DNA of 51,920 nucleotides from a virus: UHGV virus genome UHGV-0124386; one strand, 5' to 3'. Shown piece by piece: positions 25,532 to 34,699 of this stretch (position 1 is its first letter; each line of letters starts with the position of its first letter). The notes under the pieces were generated by a model. It saw only the letters and a program-made list of their open reading frames with translations, ran no database searches and was not told where the DNA came from. The position numbers and the translations under genes were made by a program.

Positions 25532-26074
25532 ATGGCTAAGGCTAAAGGCATTAAATTGCCTCAATTTAAGATCCCACTCTTTGAGCATACAACCGTTTTC
25601 TTTTGCCCGACCCGCGAGATGTTCTATGAATTTTGCGAAAAGGCAGGAATTCCGATTGAACCTGATTTCGAGTTGGCTGGAGGATTAACGCTTACTTGCA
25701 CTGGCGAGAATGGTGGTAACTTCTACGTGATCGCAGTATTCAACAATGAGTTGGGAACGCTGGTCCATGAATGCGCCCACACTACATTCCACGTTTTAAG
25801 TGATGTAGGCGTCGTGGCTATCACGGATCCTACCCATCCGGCGAATGAGACTTACGCTTACATGGTAGGCCGTATCTTCGATGCGTTTTTCCCTATCCTA
25901 GCAGAATCAAACGAAGCACAGGTTGCAGCAATGCAGGCGGCAGAAGTCGTCGATCAGGCGCTGGAACAGGCAGAACAGCCGAAGGAAGAAGAAAAGCCAG
26001 CGAAGAAAGGTAAACGTAAGCCGAAAGCAAAAGAAGCGCTTGTACCGCGTGTTATGAGTTTTAAACGAGGCTGA
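25532..26074 (+). CDS. hypothetical protein with HExxH motif and Lys-rich C-terminal tail (180 aa)
   Basis: LVHECAHTTFH (HExxH zinc-metallopeptidase-like motif); C-terminal KKGKRKPKAK; SD AGGAGA. Confidence 0.45.
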   Translation: MAKAKGIKLPQFKIPLFEHTTVFFCPTREMFYEFCEKAGIPIEPDFELAGGLTLTCTGENGGNFYVIAVFNNELGTLVHECAHTTFHVLSDVGVVAITDPTHPANETYAYMVGRIFDAFFPILAESNEAQVAAMQAAEVVDQALEQAEQPKEEEKPAKKGKRKPKAKEALVPRVMSFKRG

Positions 26075-26076
26075 TT

Positions 26077-26166
26077 ATGATTGCGTCAATACTAACTTTC
26101 GTCGGCGGGATGGCGGCTGGATTCATCCTTTGCCTGTTTCTGGTAGTTATGTCTATGCGAGACTGA
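26077..26166 (+). CDS. mini-gene 1: hydrophobic peptide MIASILTFVGGMAAGFILCLFLVVMSMRD (29 aa)
   Basis: Hand-translated; ATG 2 nt after upstream stop; GAGG 6 nt upstream. Confidence 0.35.
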   Translation: MIASILTFVGGMAAGFILCLFLVVMSMRD

Positions 26167-26168
26167 TT

Positions 26169-26231
26169 ATGGACGCTTATTTATTTATCGGAATGGCGGC
26201 GGCTGTAATATTGTTTTTGTTGTGGAAGTAA
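26169..26231 (+). CDS. mini-gene 2: hydrophobic peptide MDAYLFIGMAAAVILFLLWK (20 aa)
   Basis: Hand-translated; junction TGATTATG. Confidence 0.3.
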   Translation: MDAYLFIGMAAAVILFLLWK

Positions 26232-26236
26232 TGATT

Positions 26237-26341
26237 ATGGACGCTTACATCATTGCCGGATTAATCGGCGTTTCTGTGTTTCTTGCTGGTTCTATTATAG
26301 TTGCGCTGATAAACGTATATATCAAGTATTTGGTGGGGTGA
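26237..26341 (+). CDS. mini-gene 3: hydrophobic peptide MDAYIIAGLIGVSVFLAGSIIVALINVYIKYLVG (34 aa; alternative in-frame ATG at 26231)
   Basis: Hand-translated; junction TAATGATTATG. Confidence 0.35.
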   Translation: MDAYIIAGLIGVSVFLAGSIIVALINVYIKYLVG

Positions 26342-26346
26342 AAAAT

Positions 26347-26421
26347 ATGATTGACCCGCTAATTATCCTTTCTGCCTGCGTCGCTGTATGGCTGGCGATC
26401 ATGATATTCATTGAAAGCTGA
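26347..26421 (+). CDS. mini-gene 4: hydrophobic peptide MIDPLIILSACVAVWLAIMIFIES (24 aa)
   Basis: Hand-translated; SD GGTGGGGTGA upstream. Confidence 0.35.
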   Translation: MIDPLIILSACVAVWLAIMIFIES

Positions 26422-26432
26422 AGGTATCCACA

Positions 26433-26513
26433 ATGAACGCATACGAAATGCTATTGCTGGTGGCTGTAGTTGTAGTCATTGCCGTAGATGTTTATCGGGA
26501 GTTTAAAAAATGA
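26433..26513 (+). CDS. mini-gene 5: hydrophobic peptide MNAYEMLLLVAVVVVIAVDVYREFKK (26 aa)
   Basis: Hand-translated. Confidence 0.35.
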   Translation: MNAYEMLLLVAVVVVIAVDVYREFKK

Positions 26514-26578
26514 AATGGCTTGATTTCTTTTTCCTGATCGTTGCGATTGTTCTTACCATGACCGCGCTGACTCAATAG
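26510..26578 (+). CDS. mini-gene 6: hydrophobic peptide MKWLDFFFLIVAIVLTMTALTQ (22 aa)
   Basis: Hand-translated; ATGA start/stop overlap with mini-gene 5. Confidence 0.35.
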   Translation: MKWLDFFFLIVAIVLTMTALTQ

Positions 26579-26586
26579 GTGAATAT

Positions 26587-26661
26587 ATGGAAGCTATCGA
26601 AGCCGTATTATTCGTATGTATCGCTGCGGTTGTTATTGTGGGGCTTATTATTAATGTCTGA
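26587..26661 (+). CDS. mini-gene 7: hydrophobic peptide MEAIEAVLFVCIAAVVIVGLIINV (24 aa)
   Basis: Hand-translated; SD AGGTGA 6 nt upstream. Confidence 0.35.
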   Translation: MEAIEAVLFVCIAAVVIVGLIINV

Positions 26662-26722
26662 CGGCGATTTCTTAATCATGGCTATATGCACGTTATTAGT
26701 CGTTATCGTTTTCTTCACATAA
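26654..26722 (+). CDS. mini-gene 8: hydrophobic peptide MSDGDFLIMAICTLLVVIVFFT (22 aa; or 14 aa from ATG 26678)
   Basis: Hand-translated; start overlaps end of mini-gene 7. Confidence 0.3.
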   Translation: MSDGDFLIMAICTLLVVIVFFT

Positions 26723-26732
26723 AGGGCAAACA

Positions 26733-26816
26733 ATGAAGGAGCTATTCGATTGGTTGGAAGTATTAACATACTGTGCAAGTTTTGTTGCTTGCGTATATAT
26801 CATCAATAAATATTGA
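26733..26816 (+). CDS. mini-gene 9: hydrophobic peptide MKELFDWLEVLTYCASFVACVYIINKY (27 aa)
   Basis: Hand-translated; stop lies within SD of terminase small subunit. Confidence 0.35.
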   Translation: MKELFDWLEVLTYCASFVACVYIINKY

Positions 26817-26826
26817 GAGGTGAATT

Positions 26827-27342
26827 ATGGCCCGCACTAAAAATGCAAAAGCTGACGACAAAAAGCCAGCCGCTAAAAAGGTGGGCCGTCCGCATGGTTA
26901 TACCGAAGAGAAAGCGTTAGAGATCTGCGAACTGGTAGCGGACGGTCAGAGTATTAACAAAATATCAAAAATGCCTGGTATGCCTACCCGTTCAACAATC
27001 CTGAAATGGTTTCGTGATGTGCCTGAATTTTCGGACATGTATGTACGCGCGAAAGAGATCGGCTTCGAGGTGTTGGCTGATGAAATCATCGATCTGGCTG
27101 ATGCCGCAGAGAACGCAGATAAGGACCAATTGCGCCGCCATCAACTGATGATTGAGACACGCAAGTGGCTACTGGCAAAACTCCAGCCGCGCAAATACGG
27201 CGAACGCGTCACACAGGAGATCGTCGGTAACAAGGAAGAAGCACCCGTCCAGGTAGAAGTAAATCAGACTACTGTCCTTGAGATAATCGATAACCTGAAT
27301 AAGGAGTACAATACTCATGGAGACTGCGACGACAAAGATTGA
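26827..27342 (+). CDS. terminase small subunit (171 aa)
   Basis: Basic N-terminus with HTH-like segment, acidic C-terminus, overlaps start of large terminase; SD GAGAGGTGA. Confidence 0.6.
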   Translation: MARTKNAKADDKKPAAKKVGRPHGYTEEKALEICELVADGQSINKISKMPGMPTRSTILKWFRDVPEFSDMYVRAKEIGFEVLADEIIDLADAAENADKDQLRRHQLMIETRKWLLAKLQPRKYGERVTQEIVGNKEEAPVQVEVNQTTVLEIIDNLNKEYNTHGDCDDKD

Positions 27343-28831
27343 CAGAGAGGTTCTAAGGGGGTTGTGTGTTAAAGGTTGTGCTCCCAAAGACATATCAGCA
27401 CCTTTGTTTTTTAGTTCCTACTTTTATAAGCAACAGGTTGGCAAGGACTTTTTGGTTGGGCGTCATCACAGAATAATTGCCGATACGCTACAACGAGTTA
27501 TTAATGGTGAAATCACCAGGTTGATAATCAATATCCCACCGGGCTATGGCAAAACAATGATTGCCACAATTCACATGATGGCCCGCTGCCTCGCAATAGA
27601 ACCCCGCACCAGATTCCTGCATGTATCGTATTCACACGGACTCGCCTTGCTTAATTCCTCAGAGACAAGAAACATAATCACGATGCCGCAATATCAGGAA
27701 TTGTGGCCTATGCAAATGCGCAACGATTCGAACGCGAAAAACCTGTGGTGGACCACTCAGGGTGGCGGCGTGTATGCGACGTCATCGCTTGGACAGGTGA
27801 CAGGGTTCCGCGCCGGGTACATGGAACCTGGGTTTAACGGCGCAATGATTATTGACGACCCCCTGAAACCAGCTGACGCTTATTCTGATGTGGTGCGAAA
27901 GCAGGTTAATACCAATTACAACGACACGCTTTCTTCGCGCCTGGCTGTGCAAACAACGCCAGTGATCGTCATCATGCAGCGTATCCACTACGATGATTTA
28001 TCCGGCTACCTGTTACGTGGCGGTAGTGGTGAGAAATGGCATCACCTTTGCCTGCCAGTGAAGATCGACAACAGTCTTGACTATTGGGATCTGTACCCGG
28101 AAAACAAATTCGCTATTCCTGTTCCTCACAACCTGCCGGATGGCTGGCTATGGTTGCATAAGCATAGTGATAAAGATGAATCAACTCTTAAATCACATCG
28201 CCGAACATTCGAAGCTCAATATATGCAGTGTCCGCGCAAGTTCGATCAAGAGGGCGCATTGTGGACTGAAGCGATGATAACCGCCGCGCACAGGATGCAG
28301 ATAACGCAGGAGAAAATTCGCGCGGTGATAGCCATCGACCCGGCAACAACATCATCTGATGAGTCGGACGAAACCGGGATCGTGGCATGTTCCGCTTATG
28401 GTGGCGGCAAGTACGCTCAGTATTCTGTAGACGGTGACTACTCAGGCCGCATGTCACCTAATGACTGGGCGCAAGCAGCAATGAACGCCTACAACATCCA
28501 TGAAGCTGACGCGATGGTTATCGAAACCAACCAGGGTGGTGATATGGCAGAGGCCACACTACGCAATGCAGGATTTAAGGGCCGCATTGTTAAGGTGCAC
28601 GCAAGCAAGGGTAAATTTGCCCGCGCCGAACCAATATCTGCATTGTATGCACAGGGTAGGGTAGCCCACACTGGCAGCCTGTACACGCTGGAAAATCAAA
28701 TGATGGAATATGTGCCAGCCACCGCTAAAAAATCCCCTGACCGTATGGATGCTATGGTATGGGGTATCACTGAACTAAGCCAGCCACAGGCGATGGGCCT
28801 CATGTTACCTAAGCGCCTGCGAGGGTTTTAA
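27317..28831 (+). CDS. terminase large subunit (504 aa)
   Basis: Size and position; Walker A-like NIPPGYGKT in the ATPase region, acidic nuclease-like segments (MIIDDP, VIAIDPA); directly precedes portal. Confidence 0.8.
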   Translation: METATTKIDREVLRGLCVKGCAPKDISAPLFFSSYFYKQQVGKDFLVGRHHRIIADTLQRVINGEITRLIINIPPGYGKTMIATIHMMARCLAIEPRTRFLHVSYSHGLALLNSSETRNIITMPQYQELWPMQMRNDSNAKNLWWTTQGGGVYATSSLGQVTGFRAGYMEPGFNGAMIIDDPLKPADAYSDVVRKQVNTNYNDTLSSRLAVQTTPVIVIMQRIHYDDLSGYLLRGGSGEKWHHLCLPVKIDNSLDYWDLYPENKFAIPVPHNLPDGWLWLHKHSDKDESTLKSHRRTFEAQYMQCPRKFDQEGALWTEAMITAAHRMQITQEKIRAVIAIDPATTSSDESDETGIVACSAYGGGKYAQYSVDGDYSGRMSPNDWAQAAMNAYNIHEADAMVIETNQGGDMAEATLRNAGFKGRIVKVHASKGKFARAEPISALYAQGRVAHTGSLYTLENQMMEYVPATAKKSPDRMDAMVWGITELSQPQAMGLMLPKRLRGF

Positions 28832-28849
28832 GTTATTGATTATTATCAA

Positions 28850-28868
28850 CTTCGAAAAATTTTCGAAG
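28850..28868. repeat. near-perfect 19-bp palindrome CTTCGAAAAATTTTCGAAG
   Basis: Read directly; sits 19 bp after terminase stop in a 150-bp gap before the portal gene. Confidence 0.7.
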
Positions 28869-28979
28869 ATGAACAATAATAATTCTCAATTAGCTACACA
28901 AAATCTGCCTCACAATCCCTCACGAATTTTTCTATTTTTCGCGTAGCAACGCGTAAACATGTATTCAGGAGTAAACATT

Positions 28980-30353
28980 ATGCCATCCAATTTAGAATTG
29001 GCGGTTAATGCTGCCTTGTCTCAACGCCAGGCGGCCTTTGCCCGCTATGCAGCGGCACATCCGTTCACTATGGGGATAGATGCCAAACGTGATGCTGCGT
29101 GGAGTGAATACGGATTTAAAGAAGAAATCACCTATGCCGATTTATACAAACTGTATCGTCGCGGTGGTATCGCTCACGGTGCTATTGAGAAGATCATTAC
29201 TACGTGCTGGCGCACCAGGCCAACGCTGATTGAAGGTACGGAAGACGAGAAAGCGGAAAAGGAAACTTCGTGGGAAAGAGAAATCAAAAAACGATTCGAC
29301 AATAGATTCTGGCGCGTAATTGCTGAATGCGATCGCCGCCGCCTCATCGGTCGTTATGCTGGACTGTTAATTCACGTCAGGGATAACAAGCCGTGGGATC
29401 AGTCAGTAACAAAAGGCGTAGGCATTGCCAAATTTACCCCCGTATGGGCTGGTGCTCTTACACCGAAGGACTTCGAAGAAAACCCGGATAAAGAAAACTA
29501 TGGCCTGCCTACATGGTGGGAATACAAGGAGCGCATTAACAGTAAGACCATAGCAAGAAAGATACATCCAGATCGCATATTTATCTTCGGTGATTATTCT
29601 GATGATGCCATCGCTTTCCTTGAACCGTCCTATAACGCATTCGTTTCACTGGAGAAAGTGGAAGGCGGCAGCGGTGAATCATTCCTGAAAAACGCAGCAC
29701 GTCAACTGGCTATCTCGTTCGATAAAGAGATTGATTTCCGTTCCCTGGCTGCAACATACGGTTGCGACGTTACAGAGCTACGCGAAAAATTCAATGAAGC
29801 GGCAGAGGATATAAATAAAGGTAATGATGTGATGATGGCATTGCAGGGAGCTACCGTTAGCCCGCTGGTTACTGCCGTAGCCGATCCGTCCGCTACCTAT
29901 GACGTCAACCTGCAAACCGCCGCCGCTGGCATCGACATTCCAACGCGTATCCTGGTTGGGAATCAGCAGGGTGAGCGTGCATCAACCGAAGACCTCCGCT
30001 ACTTCAATAACCGCTGTATGACCCGCCGGGAGGAAATAGGAGGCGAGCTTGAGGAACTATTCCGCAAGATGGCAGATCTCCGCCTTATCAGTATGCCAGT
30101 AGACGTATCTGTGCTGTGGGACGACCTTAACGCCATGACAAAAGCTGAGCTACTCGACGCGGCATACAAAATGGCACAAATCAATCATGCATGTCTCGCT
30201 ACTGGTGAGGAAATATTCAGCGGTGACGAGATCCGTGAAGCTGCCGGATACGATGGCCCGGCTAATGAAGTAGAACTGGAAGACGAGGAAAACGATGATG
30301 AAGGTGAAGAAAATAATCAGGCGAATACCTCCAGCCGCGATAATGCCATCTAA
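28980..30353 (+). CDS. portal protein (458 aa from ATG 28980)
   Basis: Size, position after terminase, acidic C-terminus; SD AGGAG 8 nt upstream of ATG 28980; ORF track frame from 28959. Confidence 0.65.
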   Translation: MPSNLELAVNAALSQRQAAFARYAAAHPFTMGIDAKRDAAWSEYGFKEEITYADLYKLYRRGGIAHGAIEKIITTCWRTRPTLIEGTEDEKAEKETSWEREIKKRFDNRFWRVIAECDRRRLIGRYAGLLIHVRDNKPWDQSVTKGVGIAKFTPVWAGALTPKDFEENPDKENYGLPTWWEYKERINSKTIARKIHPDRIFIFGDYSDDAIAFLEPSYNAFVSLEKVEGGSGESFLKNAARQLAISFDKEIDFRSLAATYGCDVTELREKFNEAAEDINKGNDVMMALQGATVSPLVTAVADPSATYDVNLQTAAAGIDIPTRILVGNQQGERASTEDLRYFNNRCMTRREEIGGELEELFRKMADLRLISMPVDVSVLWDDLNAMTKAELLDAAYKMAQINHACLATGEEIFSGDEIREAAGYDGPANEVELEDEENDDEGEENNQANTSSRDNAI

Positions 30354-31239
30354 CACCGAAGACCCGACCATGACAGGGAAGTTAAGGTCTGGCGCTATTA
30401 AGCGTTTCAAATCCTGCCTGAATAAAATAGCCGATCCATATCTCGCCATACTTGACAGAATACAATATAGCCTGGCTGTTAATAAGAAATACACCTTTCA
30501 GATTTACATGGATGAACTGCATGACATGCTGGAGGACGCCAGCGACATGATTGATGAGATATTCGAGCTAACCGACCCGGAAAGTTTTTGGTTTTGGCAG
30601 AATTACGTGAAGGTGGCTTATCAGCGCGGCACGGCACAGGAATATGCCAACCTCGCTAACCAGTCTGTCACGTACTCAAGCGCCTATCCTGATGTGTCTG
30701 TCGTGCTATCCAGCACAACTTACCGCACACGCCTTGCCCTTGTCCGTACCCGTGTATTTGAGGAAATGCGCGGGCTGACAGCACAGATCAAAAAGGATAT
30801 GGCCCGCCGACTAACTGAAGGCATGGCCCGTGGTTTAAACCCACTGGAAATAGCGCGCACATTGAATCAGGAGACGCAATTACCGCTATACAGGTGTAAA
30901 CGTATTGCTCGAACTGAAATATGCACAGCGTTACGCACAGCGCGTATGGATGAGGCAGAAGCGGCGACAGAAGAATTTAATCTGCGCACTATGCAAATGC
31001 ACATTTCGGCATTATCACCGACTACCAGGCTATCGCACGCGCAGCGGCACGGTAAAACATACACCATAGATGAGCAGCGCGAATGGTGGAGTAGATCCCC
31101 TAATTCAATTAACTGCAAATGTAGCACGATTACCGTATTAGTTGACGAAGACGGTAACATATTAAACGAACGAATATTAGATCGGGCGCAAGAAAACTAT
31201 AAAGTTGCGCACGCTAAATATGGCGAAGATTGGGAGTAA
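30343..31239 (+). CDS. head morphogenesis protein (Mu F / SPP1 gp7-like minor capsid protein)
   Basis: Position after portal with overlapping start; size about 300 aa; ORF track frame 30295..31239. Confidence 0.5.
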   Translation: MPSNTEDPTMTGKLRSGAIKRFKSCLNKIADPYLAILDRIQYSLAVNKKYTFQIYMDELHDMLEDASDMIDEIFELTDPESFWFWQNYVKVAYQRGTAQEYANLANQSVTYSSAYPDVSVVLSSTTYRTRLALVRTRVFEEMRGLTAQIKKDMARRLTEGMARGLNPLEIARTLNQETQLPLYRCKRIARTEICTALRTARMDEAEAATEEFNLRTMQMHISALSPTTRLSHAQRHGKTYTIDEQREWWSRSPNSINCKCSTITVLVDEDGNILNERILDRAQENYKVAHAKYGEDWE

Positions 31240-32534
31240 AAACCGTGAGTAAAGAACTGATTCAGGTTAATACCAAATTAACCGCTAATACCATACGCCG
31301 GGAAACTTATAACGGACGCGAGCACATTGTTGTGCCATCATATACGCTGCCATTCAATATCGTTATGAATCGTGAATATTACCCGGAAGCTGAAATTATC
31401 GCTAATTACCAGTCACTGGAGGGTACGCTTGCCCCGCTGGGCCATCCTACCGTTGACGGTAAATTTGTTTCAGCATTTAGCCCGGAAGGATTAAACACGG
31501 GTTTTTGTGGTGCGTGGAACAGAAACGTTGAGTTACGCGGCAACCGTGTTTATGTGGAAAAATGGGTGGATGTGGAAACCGCCAGCCATTCAAGCCAGGG
31601 CCGCGAATTATTAGCCCGACTGGAAGCACTGGAGAAAGGAGAAAGCAAAGATCCTATCTGGTCGTCCGTCGCTGTATATCGCCAGCGTATGCCAGCCACC
31701 GAAAAAATGAAAGCCCAGGGTGCTGACCATGTAGTGAAAATCATGTCGATCGACCATGACGCTATCTTGCTGCATGAGCCGCCAGCCGCTTCGCCGGAAC
31801 AGGGCGTAGGCTTAATGGTTAATACCGACCAGGCGAAGCCGTTAATGGCGGTGGCAATGAAAGAAAATAGCTATCGCACACTTGAAAAACAGTTAACCGC
31901 TGCCGCGCGGGAAATGTTCCCTGACGCTGATTACGTATACGTGGTGGACTTCACTGATAGAGAGGTGACGATCGCCACTAATGAAAACTGTGCGGAAAGA
32001 TACAACTACGAAAAACAGGCTGATAAAATTATTCTCAATAATGGCGAGCTTGCAACCAACGAGGAAAGTAAATCATGGTTTGCTCAGTTCGCTGAACACC
32101 TTTCTAATCTTTTCTCCCTGAATGAAAAAATTAAGGCCAATAAATCGGAGGACGATCCCATGCCTTTGACAAAAGAAGAACGCGCCGAACTGGTAAAAGA
32201 AATTAACGAAGGCTTAGCCGCCAATATCGCTAATGCAGTAGCAGAGGCATTAAAACCAGTACAGGCAAGCGTAGAAGAATTGCAGACCAACCAAGAAGAA
32301 TTACAGACCAACCAGAAAGCAATTAAAGAAGAAATTGCAGCAAACGCAAATAAAGAAGTAGCAGAAAAACGCGCCGCAGTAGCAAAAGTTCACGGCGAAA
32401 TTGTTGCTAACGCATTAAGCGGTGAAGCATTAGAGGCAATGTTTAAATCCCTGGGTAAAGCAACTCCGCTAGCCGCCAACACAGCAAGTGAAGACAAAAA
32501 AGGCGAAGTCCCTGACTTTAACACTTATTTCTAA
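31230..32534 (+). CDS. scaffolding-like protein with C-terminal coiled coil (possible DUF2213-type)
   Basis: Position between head morphogenesis and capsid; C-terminal repeats EELQTNQEELQTNQKAIKEE. Confidence 0.45.
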   Translation: MGVKTVSKELIQVNTKLTANTIRRETYNGREHIVVPSYTLPFNIVMNREYYPEAEIIANYQSLEGTLAPLGHPTVDGKFVSAFSPEGLNTGFCGAWNRNVELRGNRVYVEKWVDVETASHSSQGRELLARLEALEKGESKDPIWSSVAVYRQRMPATEKMKAQGADHVVKIMSIDHDAILLHEPPAASPEQGVGLMVNTDQAKPLMAVAMKENSYRTLEKQLTAAAREMFPDADYVYVVDFTDREVTIATNENCAERYNYEKQADKIILNNGELATNEESKSWFAQFAEHLSNLFSLNEKIKANKSEDDPMPLTKEERAELVKEINEGLAANIANAVAEALKPVQASVEELQTNQEELQTNQKAIKEEIAANANKEVAEKRAAVAKVHGEIVANALSGEALEAMFKSLGKATPLAANTASEDKKGEVPDFNTYF

Positions 32535-32548
32535 CTGGAGGGAATACA

Positions 32549-32977
32549 ATGTCTCGTTTTCGTCGTGTAAATATTGATGGTAAATCCATTACCGAAACCT
32601 ACACTGCTAAGGTCGCAGTAAAACCAGGTGAACTGGTAAAACTGGACGGAGGTAAGTTTGCAAAAGCAACCAGTGCTGATGTCGGTGCAGCTCAGTTGTA
32701 CATCGTCAACCCGGCATTCCACGAAGGCAAAACCATTACTGATGCAATCGCTGCAAATGAAACTGTTGTTGCTGATTATGTGGAACAGGGCCGAGAGTTT
32801 GCTCTCCTTGTTCCTGCAGCCGCTTATGTTAAGGGTGCAGCTATTGCTCTCGCAGCCGACGGGGTGAAACTGTTTGTTGCGCCAAGTGAACAGGCAGCGC
32901 CAGATCCGATCATCGCATACTGCCAGGAAGACGTAACCCTGGAGGCGGAAGATTTTATCCGCGTTCGCGTTGCTTAA
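32549..32977 (+). CDS. head structural protein, possible decoration protein (142 aa)
   Basis: Position directly upstream of major capsid gene; Ala/Val-rich. Confidence 0.4.
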   Translation: MSRFRRVNIDGKSITETYTAKVAVKPGELVKLDGGKFAKATSADVGAAQLYIVNPAFHEGKTITDAIAANETVVADYVEQGREFALLVPAAAYVKGAAIALAADGVKLFVAPSEQAAPDPIIAYCQEDVTLEAEDFIRVRVA

Positions 32978-32994
32978 TTTAAAAGGGGAAAAAC

Positions 32995-34059
32995 ATGTAC
33001 TTTACAAAAGAAAACCTTGCCACCAACGCCCGTATGCAGGGCCATTGGAAAGAACTGTGGGCGCAACGCAATATCTTCAACGAGCAGCACAACGCCATGA
33101 TTGCTGCAAATCAGGCAAATATGACCGCTGAAATGTTGACCTGTAACGCCGTCGGCGGCTTCGCAAAAGAATTCTGGAAAGAAATCGATAACCAGATTAT
33201 CGAACTGAACACCGAAGAAATCGGTATTGAGATCGTAAACGACCTGATGGGTGTGCAAACCGTACTGCCAATCGGTAAAACGCTGAAAATGTACAACGTA
33301 TCCGGTGACATCGATGATGAAGTTGTGATGTCTATGGATGGTCAAGCGCCACACGGCTTTGATCACACCGAATACGGCAGCGATGGCGACCCGATCCCGA
33401 TGTTCGCAGCGGGTTACGGTGTTAACTGGCGTTTAGCTCAGGGCTTAAATACTGTAGGCATCGACCTTGCATTAGACAGCCAGCGCCTTAAACTGAAAAA
33501 ATTCAACAAAGCACGCGTCCAGTTCTACCTGAATGGTAACGATCGCATCGTGGTTGATGGTCATAAAGCAATGGGTCTTAAAAACCACAAAAACACCCAG
33601 CAACTTAAACTGAAAACTGTCGCTAAAATCGACCTGACCACCGCGACTTTCGATAAGATTATTGAATTCTTTACCACTGGTGAGTTCGGGAAACTGGCCC
33701 GCGCCAACTTCGTAGCTAAATACGATGTAATGTGGGTATCGCCAGAAATCATGGCTAACCTGGCACGCCCACACATCGTTAATGGCGTAATTGTTGGTAG
33801 TGTACTGGATGTTATCAAGCCGTTTGTCCCGGTTGATGATATTCGCCAGACCTATGCGCTGACTGACAACGAATTTATCGCTTATCAGCGTAGTCGCGGC
33901 GTCATCACCCCGCTGATTGGCATGACCACTGGCGTAGTTCCGTTACCGCGCATGATGCCGACCGATAACTACAACTTCCGCATTATGTCTGCTGAGGGTC
34001 TTCAGATCACCTGTGATATGAAAGGTCGTTCAGGTGTGGTCTACGGCAGCAATACCTGA
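32995..34059 (+). CDS. major capsid protein (354 aa)
   Basis: Size, position, followed by strong terminator; SD AAAAGGGGAAAAA. Confidence 0.7.
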   Translation: MYFTKENLATNARMQGHWKELWAQRNIFNEQHNAMIAANQANMTAEMLTCNAVGGFAKEFWKEIDNQIIELNTEEIGIEIVNDLMGVQTVLPIGKTLKMYNVSGDIDDEVVMSMDGQAPHGFDHTEYGSDGDPIPMFAAGYGVNWRLAQGLNTVGIDLALDSQRLKLKKFNKARVQFYLNGNDRIVVDGHKAMGLKNHKNTQQLKLKTVAKIDLTTATFDKIIEFFTTGEFGKLARANFVAKYDVMWVSPEIMANLARPHIVNGVIVGSVLDVIKPFVPVDDIRQTYALTDNEFIAYQRSRGVITPLIGMTTGVVPLPRMMPTDNYNFRIMSAEGLQITCDMKGRSGVVYGSNT

Positions 34060-34079
34060 TTGATATGTTTCCTGTAACT

Positions 34080-34107
34080 CCCCGGCGCGATGCCGGGGAT
34101 TTTTTTG
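34080..34107 (+). terminator. rho-independent terminator after major capsid gene
   Basis: CCCCGGC-GCGAT-GCCGGGG followed by ATTTTTTTG. Confidence 0.75.
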
Positions 34108-34124
34108 TATGTGGAGAAAACAAA

Positions 34125-34511
34125 ATGGTCACTACAGAACAGGCGCGGGAATATATTGAAAGCCAGGGTATTGACCTGCCAGACGTTATCTTATCTTTGC
34201 TGGTGGAGCAGGCAAATAGCGTTAATGAATGCCTTGATGCCAACTATCCGGCCTCCACTGCAACATTGATTCAGCTTTATCTGATTGGCCTGTTAGGACT
34301 AAGCCAGGCTGATAAATACGTTTCCTCGCAGACTGGGCCGAACGGTGCGAGTCAGTCATACCGCTATGTCGATTTTAATAAGCGATGGAAGGCGGCCTAT
34401 TCGTTGCTTTACTCACTGGACAAACACCATTGTACAGCCGAACTAATTCCACCAGATCCAGAAAACACCGCGCACGCCGGGCTGTGGATTGGTAAGAGCA
34501 GGAGGGTGTGA
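34125..34511 (+). CDS. head-tail connector / head completion protein (128 aa from ATG 34125)
   Basis: ORF track start 34065 lies inside terminator; ATG 34125 has SD GGAG; position. Confidence 0.45.
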   Translation: MVTTEQAREYIESQGIDLPDVILSLLVEQANSVNECLDANYPASTATLIQLYLIGLLGLSQADKYVSSQTGPNGASQSYRYVDFNKRWKAAYSLLYSLDKHHCTAELIPPDPENTAHAGLWIGKSRRV

Positions 34512-34699
34512 CAATGTGGAACGACCTGACATTACCAAATCCAGTATTGCCGAAACCATTTACCCGCGTGTGGGTTAAAACGGATAGCGGACGCCAGGTG
34601 GCGGCCTACCTCAATGATGCTGGCTTATGGGTAATTCTTTGCCCGCGCGTGGCGAAAACTCATCCAAAGGTCATTAGCTGGAGTTACGGCTATGAGTAA
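34508..34699 (+). CDS. small structural/hypothetical protein (63 aa)
   Basis: ORF track; overlapping boundaries. Confidence 0.4.
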   Translation: MTMWNDLTLPNPVLPKPFTRVWVKTDSGRQVAAYLNDAGLWVILCPRVAKTHPKVISWSYGYE

